From: a virus
Taxonomy: Duplodnaviria > Caudoviricetes
Direction: 5' to 3' (one strand)
Virus record (IMG/VR): IMGVR_UViG_3300031853_000001
Span: 96,001-160,000 of that record
Length of the DNA stretch: 64,000 bases
Part shown: piece by piece, positions 48,755 through 59,856 of the stretch
How positions within the stretch are numbered: the stretch's first letter is position 1
Layout: each line of letters starts with the position of its first letter
Notes under the pieces: generated by a model
Databases searched by the model: none
What the model was told of the DNA's origin: nothing
The model's input: the letters and a program-made list of their open reading frames with translations, nothing else
Position numbers and translations under genes: made by a program

Positions 48755-49552
48755 ATGGGTGCTAAAATAGATATGACTGGTTGGAAAATGTGGGAACATG
48801 GAGTTTCTGAAAGTAGAATAACCGTTATTAAAGAATTAACAGAAAGAAACTCTGATAATAGAATTATGTGGCAATGCCAATGTTCTTGCGGCAAAGTTTT
48901 TAATGCTTGTGGTAAATTAATTAAAAATGGTACTACTAAATCTTGTGGCTGTTATAACCGAGATAAAATCCAAGAAAGACTCGCAAAAAAGGCATTGGAA
49001 AAAATTGGAAAACGAAATGGTTTATTAACGGTTAAAGAATTTATTGGTTTTAAAAAGAAAAAGAATAGTAATTTTAATACCGCTTATTTTTTATGCCAGT
49101 GTGATTGTGGTAATTTTATTGAATTAGAAGAAAAACGTGTTCAAGATGGAAGAGTAAAAAGTTGTGGTTGTACATCTACGTCTATTGGTGAAAAAAGAAT
49201 TAAATATATATTAGAAAATAATCACATTCATTTTGATTATGATACATGTTTCCCGCAATTATTAAAAGATACAAATAGAAATCTTCGTTTTGATTTTATT
49301 ATTTATAATAAAGATAATAGCATTAATAGATTTATTGAATTTGATGGGGTACAACATATCACTGGTTTAATAGGTGGTACTTGGGGAAAAATTAATAATA
49401 AAGAAATTATTCAAGAAAGAGATAAAATTAAAAATGATTGGTGTTTAAAAAATAATTATATATTAGTTAGAATTCCTCATACTAAACTTAATACTTTATG
49501 TTTAGAAGATATAATGGGTGATAAATTTATCTATAAAGGAGATGATTTTTAA
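48755..49552 (+). CDS. Homing endonuclease (Cys repeats + PD-(D/E)XK-type domain)
   Basis: WQCQCSCG..SCGC twice; LRFDF..FIEFDGVQH. Confidence 0.8.
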   Translation: MGAKIDMTGWKMWEHGVSESRITVIKELTERNSDNRIMWQCQCSCGKVFNACGKLIKNGTTKSCGCYNRDKIQERLAKKALEKIGKRNGLLTVKEFIGFKKKKNSNFNTAYFLCQCDCGNFIELEEKRVQDGRVKSCGCTSTSIGEKRIKYILENNHIHFDYDTCFPQLLKDTNRNLRFDFIIYNKDNSINRFIEFDGVQHITGLIGGTWGKINNKEIIQERDKIKNDWCLKNNYILVRIPHTKLNTLCLEDIMGDKFIYKGDDF

Positions 49553-50279
49553 TGTCCCGGTTTTTTCTTACCGGTGACACCTAACTCATGGGTCACTTGA
49601 AACTAAAAAATTAAGTTATAAAAATTTTCCGCTTGGCCGCGCACTCAATAAGGAAGACTGTATTTGTATATTAGGTGATTTTGGAAATGTTTGGCGTCTT
49701 GATAATGAAGATAACTATTGGCTAGATTTTTTAGAAGATAAAAATTTTACGACTATCTTCATTCCGGGGAACCATGAATGCTATCCTCTTCTTCGTACTT
49801 TTCCAATAGAACGATGGCATAATGGCATTGTTAGAAAAATTCGTCCTTCTGTAATTATGCTTGAACGTGGCGAAATATTTAATATAAATAATCAAACTTT
49901 CTTTTGCTTTGGCGCCGCACGAAGTGTAGATAAAATATACCGAAAAGAAGGTATTTCATGGTGGCCAGAAGAGCAAGCTTCACGAGAAGAATATGAAAAT
50001 GGAATTAATAATCTTGAAAAACATAATTTTCAAATAGATTATATTTTAACCCATTGTGCGCCTAATTATTTAGTTGATAAACTTTTTCCTTATGAAAATC
50101 AACATGATGATACAACTAATTATCTCGAAAAGTGTATACGACAACAAGTAACTTTTAAAAAGTGGTTTTTAGCGCATTATCATGTTGACCGCAGCTATGA
50201 CAATCAAAAATATAATATACTCTATAATGATATAATTGAACTCTTTCCTAACGATGAAATTAAGGTGGTAAATAATTAA
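49552..50279 (+). CDS. Calcineurin-like metallophosphoesterase, frame broken by a 5-nt insertion in the DxH motif (recoded or pseudogene)
   Basis: MSRFFLTGDT-(TAACT)-HGS...ILGDFG...GNHE...THCAP...AHYH. Confidence 0.8.
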
Positions 50280-50690
50280 ATGGATAAATACGATTATTAT
50301 GTTGAAGTAGCAAATGATATAGAATGCTGGATGGATAAAGATGGAGACCCATTTGACCTATCTCAATTTGAAAATAGAGAAGAAGCCGCGGAATTTCTCC
50401 GCGATGAACTTTGGACAGAAGATACTATTACTGGTAATGGCCCGGATGGGTATGCTAGTGAAGAAGAGTGTGAGGAATATCTTTGTCATAATTTAAATCT
50501 TCTATTTGATGCTTTATTTGAATTTGGAGAATTAGAAGAATCATTACTAGATAATATTCATAAACACTATAAAGAAAAAAACTTAGCCCGTTGGGCTGAT
50601 TGCACAATACGATGTTATGTTTTAGATAATGCGATTGAAGAAGTACTTATTACTTGGGAAGGATATGGGTTTAAATATAAAGGAGAATAA
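50280..50690 (+). CDS. Hypothetical acidic protein
   Basis: D.LW.ED.ITGN motif; coupled. Confidence 0.6.
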   Translation: MDKYDYYVEVANDIECWMDKDGDPFDLSQFENREEAAEFLRDELWTEDTITGNGPDGYASEEECEEYLCHNLNLLFDALFEFGELEESLLDNIHKHYKEKNLARWADCTIRCYVLDNAIEEVLITWEGYGFKYKGE

Positions 50691-50691
50691 A

Positions 50692-51174
50692 ATGAAAATC
50701 TATCTAGCTGGAGATTGTAGTTCAGAAAATCGTTATAACATGGTTCAAATTTCCAAAGTTTTTCGCGAATATGGCGGTTATGAAGTATATTGTCCTTGGG
50801 AACTTAAAATTGAAAATGCTTGGGATATGCCGCAAGAAGACTGGGCACGAAAAGTTTTTGAAGCAGATATTAAAACTATTCAAGAATGTGAAGTATTTGT
50901 AATGATTACTTCTGGCCGCGAAAGTACCGCGGGAACCAATTGGGAAAATGGTTATGCTTATGCTTTAAATAAACGTATTGTAGTTATTCAAGTCACTGAT
51001 AAACCAACGTCTTTAATGACTTATGCTAGTTCTTCTGAATTTTTTAATTCTTCTTTAGCAGATTGTTTAGATACCGTGAAAGAAGTTGTCAATCGTTGGG
51101 AACGATGGGGATTATATAGCATTGCTTTAAACGGTGTTGATGGGAATTATGTGTGTAAGACGGTATTAACTTAA
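50692..51174 (+). CDS. Second nucleoside 2-deoxyribosyltransferase-like protein
   Basis: KIYLAG, VYCP, FEAD...I, AGTNWENGYAYAL. Confidence 0.8.
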   Translation: MKIYLAGDCSSENRYNMVQISKVFREYGGYEVYCPWELKIENAWDMPQEDWARKVFEADIKTIQECEVFVMITSGRESTAGTNWENGYAYALNKRIVVIQVTDKPTSLMTYASSSEFFNSSLADCLDTVKEVVNRWERWGLYSIALNGVDGNYVCKTVLT

Positions 51175-51184
51175 AGGAGTAATT

Positions 51185-51589
51185 ATGTCTAAATATCAAG
51201 AAATGTTAGATTATGTAAAATGGTATCAAGAAAAGCATAAATACGTAAATGGTAATGTTCCTAATCCTATTTTTGAAATTATGGTTTTTGAATATCCTAA
51301 TAAAGAAATGACTTATCCTACATCAAATGGGAATGTTCGTTCTGGTTGGCCAGATACTGGTTGTATAGACCATATAGGATTTTATTATGAACTTGATACC
51401 GCAATTCAAGCAATGAATGAAAACTGGTGTGACATTCAAGAAACGTGCTATCACGCAGGTTTTATTCTCTGTCGTTTTCCTGGGCTATATTATGCGGCAA
51501 TTTCTCGAATGTATTTTCTTTGGGATGAAGAAAAGAAAGGTTTTTTTGAAGCAGAAGAACCTGAAATTTTTAAACATGTTGCCTATTAA
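51185..51589 (+). CDS. Hypothetical protein
   Basis: RBS AAGGAG. Confidence 0.6.
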   Translation: MSKYQEMLDYVKWYQEKHKYVNGNVPNPIFEIMVFEYPNKEMTYPTSNGNVRSGWPDTGCIDHIGFYYELDTAIQAMNENWCDIQETCYHAGFILCRFPGLYYAAISRMYFLWDEEKKGFFEAEEPEIFKHVAY

Positions 51590-51635
51590 AGCCAAGAAAA
51601 TCTTGGCTTTTTAAATATATAAAGGAGGAATAATA

Positions 51636-52469
51636 ATGAGAGAAGTAACAGATAAAATGCGTATTGCCGCGAAAAAATATTTTACTCCTCGATGGCGTGA
51701 AAAATATGGATTTTTAGAACCATATGATATTGATGAAGATAAAATACAAGAAACAACTTGTGGAATATATTTAAAATGTAGGTGTCATTTTCCAGACTGT
51801 CCAACAATGAAAGACCCAATTCATCCTTGGGTTAGTGTAAGAGGGAGTAAATTAAATGGAAGAACTCAAATTTCTTGCGGAGCTTGTTCTAAAAAAGCTA
51901 GACAATTAGAAGAATTTAAATTTAAAGAAATGAAAGTAGGAGATATAATAGGATGTTGGCAATTAGATGAAGAATTAAAAAATAAAGAATTAAAAACAAA
52001 AATGGGATGGTCAGGACATAGTAAATATTATAAAGCTCACTGTATATATTGCGGAATTTCAGACTATAAAAGTTCTGATCATCTTAAAGTTGGTGATGAT
52101 AGCTGTGTATGTCGTTCTGGAAGTTTTAATGAAAAACGATTAAATAAATTATTAGGAAGAATTTTTAAAGATAATGAAAAATTTTTTTATACCTCTGAAT
52201 ATGGCTTTGACAATCAACGAATAGATTTTGCTATTTTTAATAAAAATGAAGAACCTTTATTATTTATAGAATATGATGGAGAATTTCATGATAAAGATGA
52301 AATGCACAAAGGTGAATTAGAATTAAATAAAGAAAGAGATCACCGTAAAAATTCTCGCGCAGAACAGCTTGGAATTCCAATAATTAGAATTACATATAAA
52401 GAACAAAAACTCATTAGTGAAATTTGGCTGAAAAAACATATTAAAGAATTTATTGGAGAAATTGATTGA
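51636..52469 (+). CDS. Homing endonuclease-like protein (C-terminal DUF559/Vsr-like domain)
   Basis: RIDFAI...FIEYDGEFH...RD..KN...G.PIIRI. Confidence 0.7.
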   Translation: MREVTDKMRIAAKKYFTPRWREKYGFLEPYDIDEDKIQETTCGIYLKCRCHFPDCPTMKDPIHPWVSVRGSKLNGRTQISCGACSKKARQLEEFKFKEMKVGDIIGCWQLDEELKNKELKTKMGWSGHSKYYKAHCIYCGISDYKSSDHLKVGDDSCVCRSGSFNEKRLNKLLGRIFKDNEKFFYTSEYGFDNQRIDFAIFNKNEEPLLFIEYDGEFHDKDEMHKGELELNKERDHRKNSRAEQLGIPIIRITYKEQKLISEIWLKKHIKEFIGEID

Positions 52470-52524
52470 CTTTTTCTTTAATTTATATTATAATAAATAT
52501 ATAAAATAAGAAAGGAAAATAATA

Positions 52525-52827
52525 ATGCACGAATATATTATTGAAAAACAGACTTGTGATATGGGTAGTGGAAAAGGTGAATATATTTTTTCAAATATTA
52601 CGCTAGAACAAGCATTAGATTGGTTTGAAAAGAATTTGAACGAATGGGGAACAATAATAATTAAATTCAAAAATGGAGAAATTTTGAGAAAATTTGATTA
52701 TGACTTATATAATTCGCATCAATTTTATCACCATTTAAACGGATGGGAATATGATTCCTTAATAAAGAAAATAGAATTTTCTTATTGTTTTATGAACAGA
52801 GATATTATTATTTATTTGAATAAATAA
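52525..52827 (+). CDS. Hypothetical protein
   Basis: Own promoter. Confidence 0.5.
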   Translation: MHEYIIEKQTCDMGSGKGEYIFSNITLEQALDWFEKNLNEWGTIIIKFKNGEILRKFDYDLYNSHQFYHHLNGWEYDSLIKKIEFSYCFMNRDIIIYLNK

Positions 52828-52898
52828 GTTAAACCAAAAAGGTTTGACTTTTCTTTTAATTTATGTTATAATTAAATATAAAGAAAAGGAGGGATAAT

Positions 52899-55788
52899 GT
52901 GAATCAAAATTATGACATTAACTCCATTGAAAGTCTGGATTTTCGCACTGGCGTCCGCACTCGTATTCAAATGTATTTAGGCTCGGATGACATAGAAGGA
53001 ACCTATCAGGCTTTAAAGGAAATTATTAATAATAGCACTGATGAAGCGCTTGCTGGCTTTGGAAAGAAAATTGAAATTACAGTTGATGAAAAAGAAAACG
53101 CAGTAGCAGTAAGAGATTATGGCCGCGGCGTTCCTTTCGGCATTCGCGAAAATGGGGAAAACGTGCTAGTATCTGTTTATACACAATCTCATACAGGTGG
53201 TAAATTTAATCATAATGCTTATAAAAATTCCAGTGGCCTTAACGGTTTAGGAGCAAGCTGCACTTGTCTTTCTTCTGAAAAATTTGAAGTTCAAAGTAAT
53301 CGTGATGGTAAGTGTGCTTGTGCTTTTTTTGAGAAAGGTAATTTAATCACTTATAAAGAAGGAAAAACTAAGGATAAGGATGGAACATATGTTCGTTTTA
53401 AGCCTGACCCAGAAGTTTTTTCTAATGGTGAAATTGGCTATTCTTATGAGCGTATTTGCTCTGATATAAAAGATATTTCTTATCTTTATCCTGGAATAGA
53501 TTTTGTTGTATCTTGTGGAGACGAAACAAAAACATATTGTGCCAAAGAAGGTATTGTAGATTTCGTAAGAGAAATGGTTCAGAAACCATTACAAAAACAT
53601 ATTATTACTGGTTCTGCTTCTGATGGAACCGATTCAGTAGAAATTGCTTTTCAATGGGGAACTAAGCGTGAAACTCCTTATGTTTTCGTAAATGGTCTTC
53701 GTTGTCCTGAATTAGGAACTCCAGTGACTGGTGCGAAAACCGCTATTACAAAAACTATTAATAGTTTATCTGGACAAAATTTTGAAGGAGAAAATATTCG
53801 GAAAAATTTATTTTATGTAATTAATTGTAAAGTAGAAAATCCTTCATTTGCAAATCAGACTAAAACTAAAATTAATAATCCTTCTCTACGCACTCTTGCT
53901 ACAACTGCCTTTACTTCGGCCTTAAAAGAAATGAACATTAAATATAATAGTGAATTTAACACTATTGTAGAAATGTTAAAGAAAGTTGAAAAGGCAGAAG
54001 CCGCAGCAGAAAAGGCTCGTAATGCTGTCCTTAATATGGAAAAGAAGGAGTCGGAACACAAGAAACAAAAGATTACTTCTTCCGATAAATTTAAGGACTG
54101 TGAAAAGCACGGACAAGATTCTATGCTAATTGTGTGCGAGGGTAATTCCGCTCTGGGCGGCCTTATGCCTGCACGTGATGTTAATACAGAAGCTTTATAC
54201 GCTGTGCGCGGAAAGGTAAAGAATCTGTTAAAACATCCACTTGATGAATGCCTTGAAAATCAGGAAGTTTCTGATATTATTATGGCTCTTGGCTGTGGTA
54301 TTCAAAATCGGTATAATAGCAAGAAATTAAATTATGGTAAGGTTGCTATTGCAGTTGATGCAGACGCTAAAATTTATTAAATTGGCGTAAAATGCTTTAC
54401 TCTTTATCAGGAGGGTCTACATATTATATGAGGATGGATATCATATAAAGTAGGCTAACGGTCAACTAAACTGAAAAGTTAAGGTGGTAAGAGAGCCTAA
54501 GTCCTTTAAGGATATGGTAATACCGTGGGAATCAAATATTAATCCATTCTCACTAATTTTATGAGGTGAGAATATGATAGGAATTTATAAAATAACAAAT
54601 AAACTCTCTGGGAAAACCTATATTGGACAGTCTAATGATATTGAACGAAGATTTAAAGAACATAAATGTAAAAAAGATATTCCAGTTGAAATAGCAATTC
54701 AAAAATATGGAGTAGAAAATTTTATATTTGAAGTTCTTGAAGAATGTTCAATAGATGAATTAGATGAAAAAGAAAAATACTATATTAATCTTTATAATAC
54801 ATATCGTGGAAATGGTTATAATTGTAACGAAGGCGGCGGATGTTCTAATTGTGAAAACAATGGTAGAACTAAATTAACAAACGAAGATGTTTATGATATT
54901 CGTGAAGCATATAATAAACATTTAAGAAGAAAAGATGTTTATGAAAATTATAAAGATAAAATAGCTTTTGGGGCTTTTGCTCGTATTTGGGATGGTTCTA
55001 CTTGGAAAGGTATACATTCTGATGTTTATACTCCAGAAAATAAAGAATATTATAAACATCAAGCAACTAATGGTGAATCATCAGATAGAGCAGTTTTTAC
55101 CAATGAAGAAGTTATTGCAATGCGAACACGATATGTAAATGAAACCGCCGATAAAATTTATGAAGATTATAAAGATAGATGTGCTTTACAAACCTTAAAA
55201 GCAATTTTATGGGGTAACGCTTATAAAGATTTACCTTTATATAAAAAAAGAGAGAAAAGATGGATTAATATTTGAAGCCTGTAACGACTATCTACGTTTA
55301 GTAGAGTACCGATACTATTGATACGTATTGGGAAAGAGCATTCCTTGTAAAAGGTAAAATATAGTCTAGCTTTATGGAAACATAAAGAGTAACTGGATGG
55401 TTATAATATAATGTGTTTAATTTCAACGATGTTTTATGTGTTAATGCCTGAATTTATTAAAGAAGGTAGATTATGTTGGCTAAGAGCTCCGTTATACCGT
55501 TTAAGTAAAGGAAATCAAAAAGTTTATGCTTATACAGATGAAGAATTAAAACGACTTTCTAAAGGTAGAGAAAATTGGGAGCAAAGTCGCTATAAAGGCT
55601 TGGGAGAATGCACTGCAGATGATATGGAAGCCTCTATGCTTCACCCAACTGAACGTCGTCTTGAAATATTAACTATTCACGACGCAGAAGCCGCGGCTGA
55701 AAGTTTACAAATGCTTATGGGTAATGATGTTGATCCACGGCGTGAGTTTCTATTTGAGAACGTTGATTTTAGTATTTTAAATAGTTGA
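52899..55788 (+). CDS. gyrB: Type IIA topoisomerase B subunit, two exons (52899-54368 + 55396-55788)
   Basis: EIINNSTDE, DYGRGVP, HTGGKF, EGNSA, RGKVKN. Splicing restores the TOPRIM motif DADA|DGYNI. RYKGLGE. Confidence 0.92.
54369..55395 (+). mobile_element. Group I intron in gyrB
   Basis: Exon ends in U (GACGCT) pairing with IGS GGCGT; CTGTAACGACTA (R) and AATATAGTCTA (S); terminal G55395. Confidence 0.9.
54574..55275 (+). CDS. Intron-encoded GIY-YIG endonuclease
   Basis: GIYKITN...YIGQS..RFKEH; RBS sequestered in a TCTCAC/GTGAGA hairpin. Confidence 0.9.
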   Translation: MIGIYKITNKLSGKTYIGQSNDIERRFKEHKCKKDIPVEIAIQKYGVENFIFEVLEECSIDELDEKEKYYINLYNTYRGNGYNCNEGGGCSNCENNGRTKLTNEDVYDIREAYNKHLRRKDVYENYKDKIAFGAFARIWDGSTWKGIHSDVYTPENKEYYKHQATNGESSDRAVFTNEEVIAMRTRYVNETADKIYEDYKDRCALQTLKAILWGNAYKDLPLYKKREKRWINI

Positions 55789-55794
55789 GGTTTT

Positions 55795-56328
55795 ATGTTT
55801 AAAGAAATTCAAGAGCAAATTCAGGAAAATATTCAAGAGCCAATTCTCAAAATCTTTTTTGAAAAATATTCTGGAGTATATAATATTTTAACACAAGATA
55901 ATAAAAAAGATTATCATCTTTACTGGTTATATCGTAAAATGGAAGATGCCACTTGGTATTGTGAAGAAATAATTTAAAATGAAAAAATAGTTAAGGAGAA
56001 AATAATGAAAACACAAGAATTTTTTTATACTGCTAAGCCAATTAAGAAAAAAGTATCTAAACAAGAATTTTTAAATTTTATTAAAAATTATCCTCGTAAG
56101 CTTCAAGTCGATTGTTGTGGAATTAGTGACCCTCCTAGTATTACTTATAATGATTTTGAGCTTGCTAATAGATGGCCGTATAGTATTGTAGCTTCAACAT
56201 TTGCTTATGATGATAATCCAGATGATTATTTTTATGAACCCGAAGATAAAAGAGATTATTTTATCATTATAAACTATGAAGAATTATTTAAATCTAAAAC
56301 TAGTAATATAGCAAAAAGCAATGAATAA
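55795..56328 (+). CDS. Two hypothetical ORFs (55795-55977, 56005-56328)
   Basis: RBSs; located between the topoisomerase genes. Confidence 0.5.
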
Positions 56329-56392
56329 AAGCTTGACTTCTCTCCAAAATCATGATATAATATAATAAAGAAGAAAAGGAAGTGAAAACAAT

Positions 56393-58771
56393 TTGATTTA
56401 CGAAACTGACTTTCAAAAACAAATTGAAAATGCTTTCTTGACCTACGGAGCATCCGTGGCGCAAGAACGTGCCATTCCCGATGTTCGGGATATGCTCAAA
56501 ATCGGTTTGCGTCAAGGACTGTATGCTCAATTCACAAATAAACTAACTCATAAGGACAAGATGCAAAAAGCACAGAAGTCCGTAGCAGCAGCCATGAACC
56601 AAAGTTACGTTCATGGTGATGTTGCTATGTATGACACTTTCATTCGTGCGGCAAGACCTTGGTCTTATCGTTATCCTATTGAGGATGTTCAAGGTAGCTT
56701 TGGTAATCCATCTTCTCCTGATAGTCATGCGGCCGCGCGCTATGTTGAGATGCGCGCAGGTGAAATGGCGGATTATTTCTTTGCTGGTTTAAAGAAAAAC
56801 GCGATTGGAGAACAATGGTATTCTAATTATGATGATACAGAAATGATACCTTCTGTATTTCCCTCTGTTGGTTATTGGAATATTGTAAATGGTTGTTCTG
56901 GCATTGCTGTTGCGATGGCTACATCAGTTCCACAATTTAACTTGCGTGAAGTTAATGAAGCATTAATTAAGATTATTCAAAATCCCGACGTAAGTTTCAA
57001 TGAAATTTATTGTGCTCCAGATTTCGCAACTGGTGGAACAATTACCAATGCTAAGGCTGTTAAAGAAAGTTTAAAAAATGGTAAGGGAGAATCTATTCGT
57101 TTAAAGGCGAAGTTAGAATATTTCCCAGACCAAAATATGATTCAAGCTACCGAACTCCCTTATGGTGTTTTCACCAATACAATTATAGACCAACTAGCCG
57201 CGCTCACAAATGAAAATGAAAGTTATGGAATAGAACGAGTAGTTGACCATACGAAGAAAACAGCTGATATTCGCATTTACTTATCTAAGGGAGCAAACCC
57301 AAAGAAAATGATAGCAAAATTATATAAAGATACTAGTCTTGAGAACTGGTATGCCATAAATATGATTTTGTTAGATAATGGCCGTTTCCCAAAAGTATTT
57401 GGTTGGCGTGAAGCCTGTGATGCTTATATTACTCATATTAGAGAATGTAAGCGTAATATGGTTCAATTTGATTTAGATAAAGCTCTTGCTCGTGAAAATG
57501 TAGTAGAAGGATTAATTCTCGCGGCTGCATCCATTGATGAAGTCGTAGCAATTATTCGTTCTTCTCAAAATCCCGCAGAAGCGTCAACTAAGTTAATTGC
57601 TCGTTTTAAGTTTAATGAAGAACAAACCAAAGCAATTCTTGCTATGAAGCTATCTTCATTAACAAAAATAGATGCTATTAAGCTAAATGATGAACTGGAA
57701 GAACTTAAAAGAAAAATTAAGGAGTATCAACACTTATTATCTGATACTACCGCTTTGAATAATGAATTAATAAAAACACTACAGGTAGTTGCTGATAAAT
57801 ATGGAGATGCTCGTCGTACAAAAATTTTAAATATTGTAGAAAACGATAACGAAGAAGAACAGCAAATTCAAGAAGAAGAAATTGGTATTATGTTATTTGA
57901 TAACAATATGCTTCGTCTTGTTAAAAAAGAGGATTTACAAGGTGGAAAGCGTGGCCGTCGTGGAGTAAATATTAAGCCGCCGAAGAACGCGAACTTAATT
58001 AATACTTTATATACAACCAATCTTGGTGTAGTAGCAGCTTTTACTAATGCAGGTAGAATGTATAACTTTTCTCTTGCAGATTTAGATTATGGAAAGGACT
58101 ATTCAATTTATGAACTCATTATGCTGCAAGATAATGAAAAAGTCCTGCTACTAATAGATACAACTTCCTTCAACTCATATCATAATTTAGTAACCATAAG
58201 TAAGAAAGGTTATATTAAAAAAACTGCGACACGAGAATATAATATGAGAGCCAAGAAAGGTACTGCCGCGATGAAATTAGATGCTGATGACCAACTAATT
58301 GGTGTTTATCTATCTATGAGTGATGAGGATAAGATTTTTATCGCAAGTAGTAGTGGTAATTATAATTTCTATGAAATTAATGAAATATCTGACACTGGTA
58401 GATTAACCAAGGGAGTTAAAGCTATTAAGCTAACTTCTGATGAATACATTCGTGCGGCGACTTTAATTAAAAAAGATATTGAATATCGTGGTCTATTAAC
58501 CATTACTACAACTGGTAAAGGCAAGATTACTAAAATAGAAGATTTCAATACTACAAGTCGTGCGATTAAAGGTCCACAAGTTATGGCTTTAAAAGATGAA
58601 AATCTTGCTACCGTTTTTGCTGTCCCAGTATCTCAAGAGAAAATATTTATTACAACAAATAATAAAGCGGTTCTATTAAATGTAGATTCAATTCCAATTC
58701 AAAATCGTGTAACTAGTGGTGTACGAATTATTGATGGACGAGGTGTTGAATCTGAAATAGAAATTATGTAA
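56393..58771 (+). CDS. gyrA: Type IIA topoisomerase A subunit with beta-pinwheel CTD
   Basis: RAIPDVRD, HGD, AAARYVE (catalytic Tyr), NG.SGIAVAMAT, PDFATGG, CTD blades. Confidence 0.92.
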   Translation: MIYETDFQKQIENAFLTYGASVAQERAIPDVRDMLKIGLRQGLYAQFTNKLTHKDKMQKAQKSVAAAMNQSYVHGDVAMYDTFIRAARPWSYRYPIEDVQGSFGNPSSPDSHAAARYVEMRAGEMADYFFAGLKKNAIGEQWYSNYDDTEMIPSVFPSVGYWNIVNGCSGIAVAMATSVPQFNLREVNEALIKIIQNPDVSFNEIYCAPDFATGGTITNAKAVKESLKNGKGESIRLKAKLEYFPDQNMIQATELPYGVFTNTIIDQLAALTNENESYGIERVVDHTKKTADIRIYLSKGANPKKMIAKLYKDTSLENWYAINMILLDNGRFPKVFGWREACDAYITHIRECKRNMVQFDLDKALARENVVEGLILAAASIDEVVAIIRSSQNPAEASTKLIARFKFNEEQTKAILAMKLSSLTKIDAIKLNDELEELKRKIKEYQHLLSDTTALNNELIKTLQVVADKYGDARRTKILNIVENDNEEEQQIQEEEIGIMLFDNNMLRLVKKEDLQGGKRGRRGVNIKPPKNANLINTLYTTNLGVVAAFTNAGRMYNFSLADLDYGKDYSIYELIMLQDNEKVLLLIDTTSFNSYHNLVTISKKGYIKKTATREYNMRAKKGTAAMKLDADDQLIGVYLSMSDEDKIFIASSSGNYNFYEINEISDTGRLTKGVKAIKLTSDEYIRAATLIKKDIEYRGLLTITTTGKGKITKIEDFNTTSRAIKGPQVMALKDENLATVFAVPVSQEKIFITTNNKAVLLNVDSIPIQNRVTSGVRIIDGRGVESEIEIM

Positions 58772-58784
58772 TGGAGAAATTAGT

Positions 58785-59171
58785 ATGGATAAAAGATATA
58801 TAGAATTATTTACTTTGATTTCTAAAAGCGTTGCTAATTTAGCGGAACAAGTTATGAATAGTCATCAAGATAAAGGAGAAACCAAAGAACAGGAAACTGC
58901 TCAGATTATGCGTGATGATTATATGGCTCTTCACGATAAACTTACCACAGGTGAAGATTTAGTAAAGGCAGATTTTGCTCGACTACTTGTCGGTGCAATT
59001 ATTATTACTAATCAATTAGATGCTCGTATTAAGAATGAACAAAAGGCTTTAGATGGCTATAAGATAGATGTTATTCCTAAGTTAGATAGAATTAATAATA
59101 CTGAAGCAGATGAAATTCCTTCTCTCGCAGTTGAACTATTTAATATTAAAGAATCAGATAATCAGGAATAA
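58785..59171 (+). CDS. Hypothetical protein
   Basis: RBS GGAG. Confidence 0.6.
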   Translation: MDKRYIELFTLISKSVANLAEQVMNSHQDKGETKEQETAQIMRDDYMALHDKLTTGEDLVKADFARLLVGAIIITNQLDARIKNEQKALDGYKIDVIPKLDRINNTEADEIPSLAVELFNIKESDNQE

Positions 59172-59390
59172 TTAATATTTGACTTTTATAGAAAATTGTA
59201 ATATAATATAATTACAGAAAAGGGAAAGGAAAATACCGAGCTTGAACTTTTAGCAAGAAAAAATTATTTAACATTTGACTTTCACCTAAAAATCTGTTAT
59301 AATATTTACATAAAGAGGAAAAGGAGAAAAGAAAGTCCTTGCCGCTTTAAAAAACTATTAACAAACGTATTAAAAGGAGATTGATGTATT

Positions 59391-59750
59391 ATGATTACCC
59401 CAAATAGTGAACTAGTTCTAAATTATCTAAAGAAGCATTTTGGCCAGGAGTTTACCAAGCAGGAGATCGCAGAGACTCTAAATATTTCAGTTCCCGCCGT
59501 TACTGGTTCTATTAATGGCCTAGTAAAGAAGGGCTATGTTGTTGAGCGTCTAGAAGAGGTTGAGGTAGAGCCCGCCACCGATACTCGCAAGGCAAAGGTT
59601 AAGACTATTCGTCACGAGACTCTAACTGAGACTGGTCTAGCTTATGACCCAGTAGCTGAGGAAGAGGCTAAGCAGGCTGCTAAGGCTGCCGAGAAGGAGC
59701 GTAAGGCTGCTGAGCGTGCCGCTGCTAAGGCCGCAAAAGAGAACGCCTAA
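59391..59750 (+). CDS. Winged-helix (MarR-like) DNA-binding protein with Ala/Lys-rich tail
   Basis: TKQEIAETLNISVPAVTGSINGLVKKGYV; two tandem promoters upstream. Confidence 0.75.
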   Translation: MITPNSELVLNYLKKHFGQEFTKQEIAETLNISVPAVTGSINGLVKKGYVVERLEEVEVEPATDTRKAKVKTIRHETLTETGLAYDPVAEEEAKQAAKAAEKERKAAERAAAKAAKENA

Positions 59751-59856
59751 TTAAATAGATTGGAGCGGTCCCCGCTCGGGGCCGCTCTTTTATCTTGATA
59801 AATTATTAAATTTATGTTAAAATAAATATACAAAATAAATAAATGAGGTAAAAAAT

